DNA of 64,000 bases from Chiloscyllium plagiosum (Eukaryota). Position numbers and translations under genes: made by a program. This document shows positions 12,101 to 24,880 of the stretch, in pieces (position 1 is the stretch's first letter; each line of letters opens with the position of its first letter). The stretch lies in contig NC_057711.1 of assembly GCF_004010195.1 (NCBI RefSeq), positions 80,191,457-80,255,456 of the forward strand, given 5' to 3'. Under the pieces are notes generated by a model. It was not told where the DNA came from, ran no database searches, and saw only the letters and a list, made by a program, of their open reading frames with translations.

Positions 12101-13889
12101 TTACAGTTTCCCACAAATGACGGGAGAGACAAATAAGCAAATGGATTTTAACATATTCTGGCCCCGACCACCATTTTACAAAGAGAAAATATTTTAATTT
12201 TATTACTGTTCAATTTGTAAGATGTGTCTTCCCGTACTCTAGACATTAGTGCCAGACAGTCAGAAAGCTACCATGAGGTTTTCATTCGAGAAGACTCCTG
12301 CCAAGTTTCGTCATGACAAACATCTACATTTTCATTGTCCAAACTCCAAATGCTGAAAGCAGGCAAATAAATAAACTCAGAAACCTATGTATACAAACAG
12401 TGTTTATTAGTTAACTGATGATAAAAATCCAATTATCCTTGTCTCCAGCTACCTTTTAACGCTGTGTCTACACTTAGTGTCTGCCAATATATTTAGTCAT
12501 GCTCCTAACCGACAATTCCTGTCAGAATGCTTATTTGATGAGATAAGGTAATCTGTATAGGGGTTGGTTAGTCTTTCTGGACACTTAAGAGGCCTGGATT
12601 CACCACTTTGTCAGGGAACTAACATTGCAAAGGTTGCGTTTCTGTAATCTTTTCCTTGCAATTGAAGGCACGCATGGTACATATCTGCAGCTCCTTTATG
12701 TTGTTATGAAGGTGCTTCCACTATTAATATTTTTTTGAGGGCTTGTGTTTAAAAAGTTGTGAAAATTCGTCAGTTTGAAAGACAGGGAGATGCCAAACCA
12801 CTAATGAAACAACATTTTGGACCTTCCATTTGCTGGAAGAGAATATTAAGCCAAGTATATAGCCAGAGCCCTCTGGACCATGGAACTGCTTGGAATTGTT
12901 TACACATATCTGCATTTATGGCTCATGCAAGCTTTCTTTTAAATATTGTTTGGAAAGAGTAGCTAATGTACAGCCTGCTAAGAGCAAAACTCACTCATCT
13001 CATCCTGAAAAACTTTGAGCGTCCTGGAAGACATTTTCTTCACTTCTCCTGAATGGACTGCTTCTGAAACAATGCTGCCACAACCACATATGCCCAGTGA
13101 CACCTATCTAAGTATAGTGGGGTACCAAACTGAAAGCCATTTGGAAGTTTTTGATTCCTCATCCATTATTCTTCAAGAATTAATAATTACATGGCCAAAG
13201 GTTTTGAAACTTGATCTCTGCAAAGAAAGTCCTTTTTTTCTCTTTAGCCAGTGTGTGTGTGTGCATGTGTGTATTGTTATTGAGAAAGGTTAATATTTTC
13301 ACTTCTATATTTCAAAATACATGTCAATCAGCTTGGCATATTTTAATTTCTGAATCCATCCAGATGTATGAAAACTGTTTCCACTATTGGCATCTGATGT
13401 TGCCCCAGTCATAACCTTTAATACCTGGGGAAATTATATAAGCATTCCTAATTTTCTTTTACCAGTAAGTTACATTAAAATTCAAGAAAAGTAATTGCAG
13501 ATTCCAATCTTCCAGCTTGAATAACAAACTGAGAACTAAAATACTAAAAACTGTTCTCTCCATGGCTCTAGTGTAATAATTCTAGATTACATTGGTTTTT
13601 CAGTCATCTAATGTAAATAATGGGTAATTTATCCAATTATTCCACATAATTCAATCTTCACAGTTCCTCACTATGAGTTTGAAGTATTCTTGAAGTTAAA
13701 TATGTTGATTAAATTTGCTTCACCATTCTGCAAGACTCTTGGCTGGAGGCCAGTGAAACAGTTGGGAGCTCCACTAGGACTTGAGTAGACCATGAGACCA
13801 TGCTACCTTGCTTCAAGGAAGATCTGCCTACTTCATGCAAGGAAGAGACAGGGCCAACAACATGGATGCCCTGCAGAGAGGAAGTGGGA

Positions 13890-14190
13890 AAGAAACACAG
13901 TGTATTTTAGGGAAGGAATTTCAGAATGTATGGCCTACCCACAAGGCATACGCATAATGATGCAGTGATTGGAATGTAAAAGAGATCAGAATTGAATGTT
14001 TTAGAGGACTAAAGGCCTGGTAAAGATTACAGAGCAAATGAAGAACAAGACCTTGGAGATATTCAAAACAAGGATAAAAATATTTCTAACAAACTACTGC
14101 AGGACATAAGAACACAAGCAGAAGAGTCTTTGAGGAACTTTAGCTTATGGAGTGTGCAAGGCAGGAAACTGGTCAAGAGAGCCATGACTT
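13890..14190 (-). mobile_element. Decayed L2-like LINE 3' fragment
   Basis: Resembles recalled L2 3'-region sequence (GGGAAGGAATTTCAGA..., GATTACAGAG...GGAGATATTCAAAACAAGGAT); motif recall only. Confidence 0.4.
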
Positions 14191-14221
14191 GTTTAACAAA
14201 CATATAGCCATGACTTGTTTG

Positions 14222-14575
14222 AAGGGGGATGTCATTGAAAGCTATAGAATTCTAACAGGACTGTAAACAAGGAAGGATATTCCCGATGACTAGGGAGTCC
14301 CAAACCAGGAGTCACAATTTAAAGATTTGTGGTAGGCCACTTCAGACTGAAATGAGGAGAAATGTGTCCACCTAGGGAGTGGAGAGCCTGAGGAATTCTT
14401 TGTCATAAAAAGTTGAGGCAAAACACTGATTGATTCAAGAAGCAGATAAATGTAGTTTTAAGAGCTAAATGAATCAAGAAGTATGGGTGGAAGCTGGAAC
14501 AGGATCATATTGAATGATACAGCAGACTCAAAGGGCAAAATGCCCTGCTTCTGAGCCAATTGTCAATGTTTCTAT
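14222..14575 (+). mobile_element. Old CR1 3' end
   Basis: AGGGGGATGTCATTGAAAGCTATAGAATTCTAACAGGA (RGD.IE.Y.IL.G) through a CR1-type tail. Confidence 0.75.
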
Positions 14576-15504
14576 AAAGCATCCTTTCCACATCTAGACC
14601 ACTTAGGATTTTATCTAGACCACTTAGGATTGTATACACTTAATTAAGTTCCCCTCACTCTTCAGTAGAAAACTGAGTCTGTTCAGTCTCCCTTCATAAG
14701 ACAACTTGCTCATTCCTCTGTGGTCAGGTGTCCCATGACCACCAGGATTATTACAGCGATGTTGACATTTTCTAATGAGCATGGATAAGATCTCGAAGTG
14801 TGAAAGCCAAGTTTAAACCTAGTCACAAAATATAAACTGTAGCACTGGAACAGACAATATTCATGCAGCCAGGCCTTGTGCTATCAACTTCCCATCAAAA
14901 CCAGAGAGGCCTGAAACTGCTAAGATAGCATGCATACAAATCCTGTAGATCTGAAACATCAGCCAAACCTCAATGATAGAAGAACATCCTATCCCAGCCT
15001 TCTTGAACAGCTATTACCAATCCTTTCAGACAAACAGTTCAAATACAGTGGTAGAGGCCTGTGAATAGGGTATAGAGACTCCTTGGTAGCATGTGTCAGA
15101 CATAGATAACCAGAGTAGATTTGAGACTGTTTACTGAAGAACCCTGTGAAGAGATTGGTAGAGTTTAATTAAAGTGCAATATTATAATCTCATAAATATT
15201 GCTTTCCCTTGATAAACTGTTCAATGACGTTCTGTTGGACCTTCCCCAGACTCTTGTCCCTTTGGCTATCTTATCGCGCAATGCGCCTGAGTTTAAAAGG
15301 GTTACTACAAACTGGTCAAGATTAGTCAGGTACATTTATCCATCTTTCACTTTACAACAGCATCTGAACAATGTCCATCGGACATGTATCCTTCTTTCAA
15401 TAGGAGGCCAAATGTATACACAGAATGGAGTAAGGTAGTTGAAGTTCAGAGTCTGTAATGAGTATCAAAAGTAATAACTTCAGTTTTCTCAATATCATTT
15501 AGTA

Positions 15505-15630
15505 CTAGTTTCTGCTTTTCCAATGATGGACTTTGGACAAGCAACGTGACAAATCAAAGATGGTGAAGGGGTCACGAGAGGTGGTGATGAAGTACAATTG
15601 GATGTCGTCAGCACAAATAGGGAAAACATT
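15505..15630 (-). mobile_element. L2-clade LINE RT fragment
   Basis: ORF 15505-15726 contains CADDIQLYFITTSRD...LSRCLSKVHHWKSRN, matching the L2 YADDTQLY...LS.CL..I..WM..N pattern. Confidence 0.7.
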
Positions 15631-16581
15631 GGGTTTTCGGGGGAAAGGACAAGGTATGCTCCTGTGATGCTCCAGAGGTAATGATGTGGGATAGTTTGAT
15701 TGCTTAAAAGATTTGATTTCTTTCAAGTAACTACTTTCTTACAGCATTTTTCAAATGTTTTTGTGAGTGTTCCTTTGCAATTATTAACAGTCTCGCTGCC
15801 CAATCCTAATGTCTGAAAAATCCCACTCACTTGAAAGAAAATAACAAAAGTATGTTGAAGAAAATATGTTTTGTGGACATAATTTACTAGGAACAATAAG
15901 CTATTAGGTCATCAAGCATTGTGAACAAATGTAATATACATAATGCTGAGCTAACAGCTTTTGGTATCTCTGATCTGATGCTGGCTGAATCTTGACTAAT
16001 TTGCAGAAATCATGAATTCCTAAGTGCCCGCAAATCTTATGTTTGAAAATCTAGGGAGAGAGTAAGGTAAAATGAATCCAGGGAACTTAACTTCACATTT
16101 GGGACATATATGTGAAACTTTGTAGGAAATACTTAATTGAATTGTGTGGTAAACTATTTATCCATAATCATGGATGTTTTTCAATCATTATTGATATTTT
16201 CAAGAATGGAACATTAGAATCTGAGATTGCAACTCTCTTGATAGATTTATCTAACCACTAACTATTCTAATATTACGGAAAAAAGAATGTTGTGATGTCA
16301 ATAGTACCACAAAAATTGCTTATTGTGGCCCAACATTTTGTTTGTCTGATGTTGTGAGGAATAGTAGATACATTAGGCAAAGAAACAAAAAGGAATTCCT
16401 ATACATTATATTGTATGCATAACTGTACAATCAGAACACTGCCTGTGTTGAGATCATCAGTATGTTTCTTTTATTTTTCTCATTTTTGATTTTGAATTAT
16501 GAGTTGTGGCTGAAAATCGAACTTTGAATTTTGAGCAGTAGTTTGTTTCAAAACAAAAAAAGATAATAAAAGACTGATGTT

Positions 16582-17316
16582 TGTAATGGAAAGAAAATGC
16601 AGACTGATGTGTAATGCTCAGAGATTGGCAGTTGATTGAATGTTGAATTGGTCAATCAAGGGAGGCCTGGGACTGACCAGCCAATCACAGAGAACACTGA
16701 AGAAGAAAGAGATAACAGAGTGAGTTTCTGGGCAAGAAACAGTTTTATTTTAGAAGCTGGTGGATTGGTTTTGGTTTTGGTGCTGTTGTCTCTAGTTATT
16801 CTCTAGTTGTTGATTTGTTGAAAGTTTTGAGAAAAAGGACCCCAGTTTCCAAGAAGTAAGTAAATGTCACCAAAAGTCTGTGGAATTTGCTTGCATTGAT
16901 CAGACATTTTGGAAAATATTTGTCCTACGTGCCTGTAATACAAACTGATTTTAAAGGATTTTGTGAAATAGTTATCAAACACACAAATAATGATTCTTGT
17001 CTTTAATTTATCCCTTAATTCAATCTGTTGATGTGTGAATGGGAGTGTATATTAGAAGAAGATTAGGCTCCGATTGTAGCCATTAATTAGTTTGCCTTTT
17101 ATTTTATGTTTGTTCTCCTAAAGTCACATTCTTAATAATAAATTGTACATTTTTTTGTTTAAGTTATAAACTTGGTGTCCAACATCTGTTATTTGTCAAA
17201 TTGTGTAGGCAGCAATTGAACAATTTTCAAAGTCATTCAATGTTTGAAGATGACAGGGCTGCAAATTGACTGATAGTGGCTGACTTGGTTTAACTTACTA
17301 TCCCTGGGTCATAATG
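16582..17316 (+). repeat. Possible solo LTR of another family
   Basis: Starts TGTAAT, has CCAAT boxes and a late AATAAA, and ends CTGGGTCATAATG; no TSD found. Confidence 0.3.
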
Positions 17317-17512
17317 CCTGTTCAGATTACTTTGAGTTGAAATGAGTGGGTAATGTTGGAGCCAAAACGTTGTGTCAGCCTATCCTGTAATATATCATCT
17401 TCCTGATTTTGATATCAGATTTGGGAAGACGTAATGTCCATAAAAAGTACTGGGTAGAATAACATGGAGGATAAGTAACCTTTCAGGTGGGAAGAAGGCA
17501 GATTAGCTTTCG

Positions 17513-18105
17513 TAGAGTCATAGAGATGTACAGCACAGAAGCAGACTCTTCGGTCCAACTTGTCCATGCCGACCAGATATCCCAACTTAATCTAGTCCCT
17601 TTTGCCAGCACCCGGCCCATATCCCTCTCATCACTTCTTATTCATATACCCATCCAGACACCTTTTAAATGTTGCAATTGTACCAGCTTCCACCATTTCC
17701 TCTGGCAGCTCATTCCATACATATACCATCCTCTGTGTGAACAAGTTGCCCCTTAGATCTCTTTTATATCTTTCCCTTCTCAATCTAAACCTATGTCCTC
17801 TAGTTCTGGACTCCCCTACTCCAGGGAAAATACTTTGTCTATTTACCCTATCCATGCCCTCATGATTTTTAAGCCTCCAAAAGGTCATCCCTCAGCCTCT
17901 GAAGTTCCAGGGAAAACAGCCCCAGCTTATTCAGCCACTCCCTATAGCTCAAATCCTCCAACTCTGGCAACATCCTTGTAAATCTTTTCTGAATCCTTTC
18001 AAATTTCACATCATCTTTCCGATAGGAAGGAGACCAGAATTGCATGTAAGATTTCAAAAGTGGCCTAACCAACATCCTGTACAGTCCCAACATGACCTCC
18101 TAACA
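17513..18105 (-). mobile_element. CR1/HER1 LINE 3' end
   Basis: ORFs 17869-18093 (LYRMLVRPLL..QFWSPSY..ERIQKRFTRMLP) and 17631-17888 (RTRGHRFRL..FTQRMV.VWNELP); tail TAGAGTCATAGAG. Confidence 0.93.
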
Positions 18106-19199
18106 GTGTTGAGGTAATGGTAATGAATACCATTAAAGTCATGCATGTAGACATAGCAATGAAGCGGAACGTAAGCAAAGCTTGGTGTGGAAGCTGACCT
18201 TGTCTAATGATGCAGCAGATGCTGCCTAGTTTGCCTAGTTTGTACATTTGATAATATCAAACAAGCCAAGTTATTAGATTCTGCTCCATTAACACTATTA
18301 TTAGTAATTGAATTATTGACATTGATTTAAATTAAATAAATGGTTCTTAAAGTGAACATTTCAGCTTAACTAGAAACTATACTCCAAAATACAGTCACAG
18401 GTAAAAGCTAAGATTTCTAGAGTTATATTTACATTCACTAATATAGAAACAAGCATTTCGTATGATCATATAGCTGTCAAGGTTTAGATAACCTTAATTG
18501 CCAATCCTCTTAATGTGAGCAACAAACACTTTTTCTATTGTCTAGACTACAACAATCAATGGTGGCTCATGAATGTTCATGAATTGTTAAAGTTGAATGT
18601 GAATTGGCGTTGTTTATTATTTCCTTTATAATGCCAACAATTAGAAACAGATTCAAACCTCACCAATTACACAAGAGCAACATTAACTGGAATAAGTGAT
18701 AGCAATAATATGCTTGTTATTTAATAAAATAAACTCTCTAAAATTCTGATGGCTGGCAACTCTCACTCGGCTGGATTTCCACCCTCAATATCTGGTTTCA
18801 GGTGAAGATCCACTCGCAGCCTCATTATTATCTGATTGATGCGTGCTTTGGCGAGTCTTCTTGAAAAATGGCAATTGGCCTCTTGCTAGCTCTCAGCTGA
18901 TGGGAAAGACACACAACATCTCAACAAGATTTCACTCAGTGTTTCATGTCACTGTCTTTTCATCAGAACAGTAGAACAGCCACTACTCTGATGTAATATC
19001 ATCAACCTGAACTTAACTCTGAGTGGCATTTTCCACTGTCTTGAGTGGCAAGACAGTAATGAGAAAACTTGGAAAGGACAGTAAGGATGGAAAAATCAGA
19101 TTCCAAGTTTCAAGAGAAACAATTCAAGTTTTCCCCTTAGGGCTTCAATGGTGAATTCTGAATGTTGCTAATGTACAGCAGCTATCTCATTTGCATCTT

Positions 19200-20000
19200 A
19201 TTATGAGCTAATTCTGCCTCATTTCTATGCAGCTCCCAATTCCCCTCCTTCCACAAGAAACTAAGTGGCTCCTAATTCCTGACATGAATGTCAAAGCGGT
19301 TACCATTTGCTTCTCTGGGCCTTTATCCAACTCTTCTTTCACCACCATTTCCCTGCTATACGGATACCTACCTCTTTCACCAGTTTCACCACATGCTAAT
19401 GACTGCTTACAGACCAACTCACACACCACTTGTGCCATCACTTTGGAACACAGGGACACTTATGCCTTGCAGGTACTTTGGCCGCAAGGACACAGGTGCA
19501 TCTCATGCATGTAGGCAGGATGTAGCTTATGATTCTCAGCTTCATTTTTTAGCACTCACTGTCTTTGCAATTATTTAAAGGTTGCCAGGCACACTGGCTT
19601 TGCTTCCCATTTAGTGTGGAGTGGGGGTGTGGGAGTGTGGTGGGGTGGGGGGAGAGGCAGCTTATCATGTTTCAGGGCATTGAATGATCAAGGGATGGAT
19701 ATGTTGTTGTAGGCACTGTGCTACATCAATGTCACACCTACAGGATGTACCAGTGGCATATACAACAAAAACATTCCATTCACATCAAGCAACCAACCAC
19801 ACAGGAAAGTCAGAAAGTACCAGTGGAGTAAAGGGGGAGTGTGATTCACACTCAGTGAAGAGGCTCACCCGATTCCTGTTGGAGGGAGTTGGCTGTGATT
19901 AATCAGATGCTTGCTCTACTGGAGTCAGATATCAGCATCATTGCAGTCGAGAGATTGGACCATGGATAGTCCTGCAGGTAGTTGCAGTCAATCCAGAGAT
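19200..20000 (-). pseudogene. Possible highly decayed PIF/Harbinger transposase
   Basis: Minus-strand relics in plausible order: DIDVAQ (IDCTH-like, about 19720), KYL (YPG region, about 19475), GERGRYP (GD.GYP-like, about 19370). Confidence 0.3.
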
Positions 20001-21209
20001 TACAGGGACATTTAGCAGGGCTATGCTCAATAAGGGCTGTCCTGAAAAGTTAGTAGAGTTGTGGACTGGTGGGGTGTGCAGGAGTGATGACAGTTGGCAA
20101 GGCCTTAATTACTTCTGGGGGTTTCAGGTATTAATGATCAGGGCTTATTTGGGGCAGTTTGTGGAGTCTTGAGGAAAGTGGAAAGCTCATATCAAGGGTT
20201 CCATTGGACTGGGTTACTGAGGCAATGATGATAATGAGATTGCATAATTCAATATAGAAGAGTGGGATTTTGTACAGCATGGCGGGAGGGTCGGATGGGG
20301 GGAGGGGGTGTGCACGTGGGCTGAGATGTTGGTTTCCACTAGTTTTGGATTCAGCATGAGGAGAATGCTTGGCTAACAATGATTTGGCACTTTGTAAAGT
20401 CACAACTCAAGTTGAACAGTGAATATCAACAGAAATATAAAAGGATTGAATGGAAGTGTGGGAAGCTTGACAGATCTCTTCGGGGCAGAGCATATAATTC
20501 TTCACATATGTGGCCTTGGTGGAGCCATGCATTATGCATCCTTTGATTGGTTAATGCCACCCATTTGCCATCAAATTGGATTTAAATGAAAAGTATTTCA
20601 TTTGGCAATAGTTAACAATAAAATTATGGATTCGAGTAATCTTGACAATTACTTGTCATATCAGAGAAGCAAAGCTATGCAGATGCAATTTTCAAAAAAA
20701 GCTTCATCTGGATTTGCTATTTCTGCATTATTTTTCATACCTTACACTAGAAAGCAATGCTTTGGAACTGTCATATTCTCGCACCAAACTGTAAGTGTGC
20801 AAGTCAGTGATGGTCTGTGGTGTCCAAGGGTGGCTTTGTTTGGGAAGGTGCGCTGTTACAATGGATATTTCCTCAATGCAGCATATGTCAGGGTAAGGCT
20901 CTATAGCTTGGAGATCCATGTCAAGACATGACATTGCCTTTCTGACAAAGCCTTCATGCCATGCTGTACCAAGCATAATGTCACTTCCTGGTGATTGATG
21001 CGAGGGATCAGGAGTATCATTATTGATACATTGTTCTATTGCCATCATTCCCACAACTGAAGGATTCCTTCGTAGCTTTGTTGAACAGGTGTTGACAGTG
21101 TCAATGAAGGCATCAATCTTAATATTGTCAGCAAGCCCAGGCAAAACAGCAACCTCCACAGCTCCCACACAGTCTCCAGAGGGAGAAGAAGGTGAAGATC
21201 TCTCAAGGA

Positions 21210-21880
21210 GACAGAGGACAATGACCAGACCCCGATTCTGCTGGTACAGCTTTCATTATCTGCAGCTCTCAGAAACCAGAGGCAGACACAGATTAAGGAT
21301 ATCTCAGGTCATCATCACTGAAATGTAAAATCTACTGGAGCAGGACTTGCGTTTGCAAGGAATGAGTATCCATCCCATCCTGATTCCCTGAATTTTAAAT
21401 GTTGACAGCTCAATCTAAGCAGCAAACATCAGCTCCCAATCTTTGGCCCACAAATGTATCTGGAATGTCACTGAGGCATCTTCTCCAGTGACATTGACAT
21501 TCTTTTACAGTGACAAATAAAGTCAGTAGATCAGGCAGTGAGAATGTCCAGCATCACTGGCATCTCCCTCGGTGGGGAGTACTATGGACTTTGCTTTGAG
21601 AGTAACCGATCATCAGAATTTATCTCCTTCCACTCCATCAATGTTCAGTTCATCTGTAACCAGCAATGCCAGATTTCAAATGTGACCACCAGAGGTCATA
21701 ACAGTTGCCAAGATGCAATAGGCTACATCGTTGTGGCAGTCTGTGTCCTTCACAACTGCAGCATGCAAAGGAGATGTCCTAGACACAGACAAAATAAGAC
21801 ATTGAGACATCCTCTGTGGCCGATAATGAGGATTGGGAAATTAACTGTGAGAGACATCCAAGAGACCATAATAGAATGAT
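21210..21880 (+). pseudogene. PIF/Harbinger (HARBI1-like) DDE transposase remnant
   Basis: YLQLSETRGRHRLRISQ..ITEM*NLLEQDL; SQSLAHKCIWNVTEA; FHSINVQFICN..RGHNSCQDA; then deleted to the C-terminal IVVAVCVLHN. Confidence 0.8.
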
Positions 21881-23730
21881 GCATTGTCAAATATTCATTG
21901 AAACCTGCTCCTGAATGAATGACTCAGGTTATACATCCTCCTCACTGTTCTGGAAATAGTAAGAGTAACTGAGACATAGCAGCAACATGGCCTGGTATTC
22001 AGGTTATGTAGCTTTTCAGGTTTTAAGTCTACATGGGTCTAAGGGTTATGCAGTGAAGTTCATCATGATAGACAGCAAGCTGAAGCTCTCCTTTTCTCCT
22101 TTCCTTCATTGGTTAGTCTTCAATGTTTTAGAGTTTGTGCAGATTACTAAATTACCATAAAATGTTTCAGCATACTGGAGGATAGCAGTTAACCTAAAAA
22201 AGATTAAACTCACCTTGTCATCAATACTCAACGCAGCAATGGACTGCAGGTTCATGCTCATGTCTGCCAACAGCCAAACTGTCCATGGAGACAGCTGTGT
22301 GCAACTTCTCTCAGCAGGCCAATGTGCTATGAGGAAGAGGGGAGATGTATACCTCCCAGCATTGAACGTCAATGCATTCCCTTTAAGAAAACTGGAAGAT
22401 AGAATTCAACCTTGCCTGCAGAGATGCATGGAGTCATCGCTGATTCCCTGTTTGCTTTAAACCTCACTGAAGTAAACACTTTTTCTACAGAGAAAAAAAA
22501 CAAAAGAACAGTGGATGCTGGAAATCAGAACCAAAAACAGAAGTTGCTAGAAAAGCTCAGGAGATTTGGCAGCATCCATGGAAAGAAATCAAATTTCGGT
22601 TCCAGTGACCTTCCCTCAGAACTGATGGTGGCTAGGAAAATGTCAGTTTATATGCAGAAGGTAGGGTGGGGAGGAGATTGTGAGAAGTAAATGATAGCTG
22701 GGGATAGAGCCCAGAGAGACAGAAGAAGGTTGGATAGACAAAGGATTGGATAACAATCTGGCTAAGAGGGTGAATAGCTATTAATGGGAACTGTTAGTGG
22801 CTAACAATGGATTGTGTATAATAGCAGACTACATGATAACAAGGCCTAGTGTGTGGGAGTTGGGGTAAGGATTTTAGAGAGCTAAAGCCCTAAATTTATC
22901 AAACTTGATATTGAGTCCACAAGGCTATAGGGTCCCCAAGTGGAAAATGAGGTTAAACTGAGCTTCGCTGGAGTACTGCATCAAGCCTGAGACAGAGATG
23001 GTAACAGCAGTGTGTTAAAGTGGCAGGCAACTGGAGTCTTTTTTGCAGGCAGACTGAAAATGTTTTGTGAAGTCACCCAGTCAACTCCATTTTCCCAATG
23101 TAGAGGAGAAGGTAGCGAAGGCAGTGGACCAGATGGTGTGAAGCGCAGGTTAAGCACTGCTTCACCTGCAAGGTGTGTTTGGGCCTTTGGATACTGAGGG
23201 GTGTGGAAATAAATGGACAAGCATTATATCTTCTGTAGTTGCAGGGGAAGGTGTCAGGAGGCTGTGGGAGGACTGTTGGAAGTGAAGGAAGAACGGACCT
23301 GCCTATTCTGGAGGGTATGGTCCCTACGGAAGGCAGGCAATGGAGGGGGTTTGAAATATGTATCTGCTGGTGGCATCTCACTGGAGGTGGCAAAAATGAT
23401 AGTTATTGATCCTCTGGATGTGGATTCTTGGTGAGGACAGGTGAATCTTGCAGAAGGGAAGAGAGTGGGTGAGGGCAGAAGTACAGGATCTGGGCCAGAC
23501 CTGGAGGCCTGGCTGAAGGCTGTGGAATCCTCGGGTGATGAAGAAGGTGCACATTTCAGAGGCTCCCTTGTTGAAGCTTTTCTTTTCTTTCAGGCATCAA
23601 GGCACACAAGATGCAACAATTTAGAGATACCCATAGCCTTCCGGAACCTTTGTCTACTTCCCTTCCCTCTGACTCCATCCCCTCCCCCAACTCCACCTCC
23701 TGACACATATTCACCATCCCACCTAACCTT

Positions 23731-23804
23731 CCACTCTCCATTCTGTACTCAGCAAAGGTTGCAGTATCCACTCTCCATTCTGTACTCAGCAAAGGTTGCA
23801 GTAT
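23731..23804 (+). repeat. Perfect 37-bp tandem duplication
   Basis: CCACTCTCCATTCTGTACTCAGCAAAGGTTGCAGTAT occurs twice (23731-23767, 23768-23804). Confidence 0.95.
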
Positions 23805-24562
23805 TATCCCTCTCTGAATGAATTTTGGGCATGACATGACATTGAACTCTCCCTCCATTGCCTTCACCTCCACGGCCATTTCTTTGGACAAGAGACCTCT
23901 CCCTGTCCCACAGAGCCCTTCACCCAACTCCAACACTCTCCCTCCACCGACAGCCCTCCCTGTGGCCTTTTCCCAGCACTTGACCTGTTCATTGAGAACT
24001 GTCAACGTGACATTGGTCGCCTCAATTTCTCTGCTCCCTTTGCCCTTTCCAACCTACCCTCCCAGGAACTGACTGCACTCCATGCTCTCAGATTCAACTG
24101 TGACTTTGTAATTAAACCTGCCGATAAGGGTGGTGCTGTTGTTGTCTGGTGGATTGACCTCTACGTTGCAGAAGCTGAGTGCCAGCTCTCAGATACCTCT
24201 TCCTATCTCCCCTGGACCATGACCCCACGATGGAACATCAGGCCATTGTATCAACTAGTTACCAACTTAATTTCATCTGATGATATCCTTCCCACTGCCT
24301 CCAAGCTGATAGTCCCCCAACTTGGCACAGGTCACTTCGACCTCCTTCCCAAAATCCACAAACAGGACTGTCCGGACAGACCTATGGTTTCATCCTGCTC
24401 CTGCCCCACAGACCTTATCTCCTCTTACCTTGACTCAATCCTTTCTCCCCAGTTCAATCCCTGCCCACTTACATCCACAATTCCTCTGATGTTTTATGCT
24501 AGTTTCAGAATTTCCAGTTTGCTGTCTCCAGTCACCTACTCTTTAATATAGGCCTGCAATCC

Positions 24563-24880
24563 TTTTCCCTGGGGTGGGGGAGTCCAGAACTAGAGGGTGT
24601 AGGTTTAGGGTGAGAGGGAAAAAGTTTAAAAGGGACCCAAGGGACAATTCTTTCACATAGAGGCTGGTGCGTGGATGGAACGAACTGCCAGAAGAAGTCA
24701 TGGAGGCTGATACAATTACAACATTTAAAAATCATCTGGATGGGTATATGAATAGGAAGGATTTGGAGGGATATGGGTCAAGTGCTGGCAAATGGGACTT
24801 GATTAGGTTAGGATATTTGGTCGGCATGGACAAGTTCGACTGAAGGGTCTGTTTCCATGTTGTACGTCTCTATGACTATG
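24563..24880 (+). mobile_element. CR1/HER1 3' end nested in the Penelope RT
   Basis: GAGTCCAGAACTAGAGGG...CTCTATGACTATG tail interrupts the Penelope frame between LQS and IPHQDGLRAL. Confidence 0.9.

Noticed and set aside
14180..14631. Short direct repeats (AGCCATGACTTGTTT twice; ATCTAGACCACTTAGGATT twice)
   Set aside because: Only two units each; local slippage, not a CRISPR-like array.
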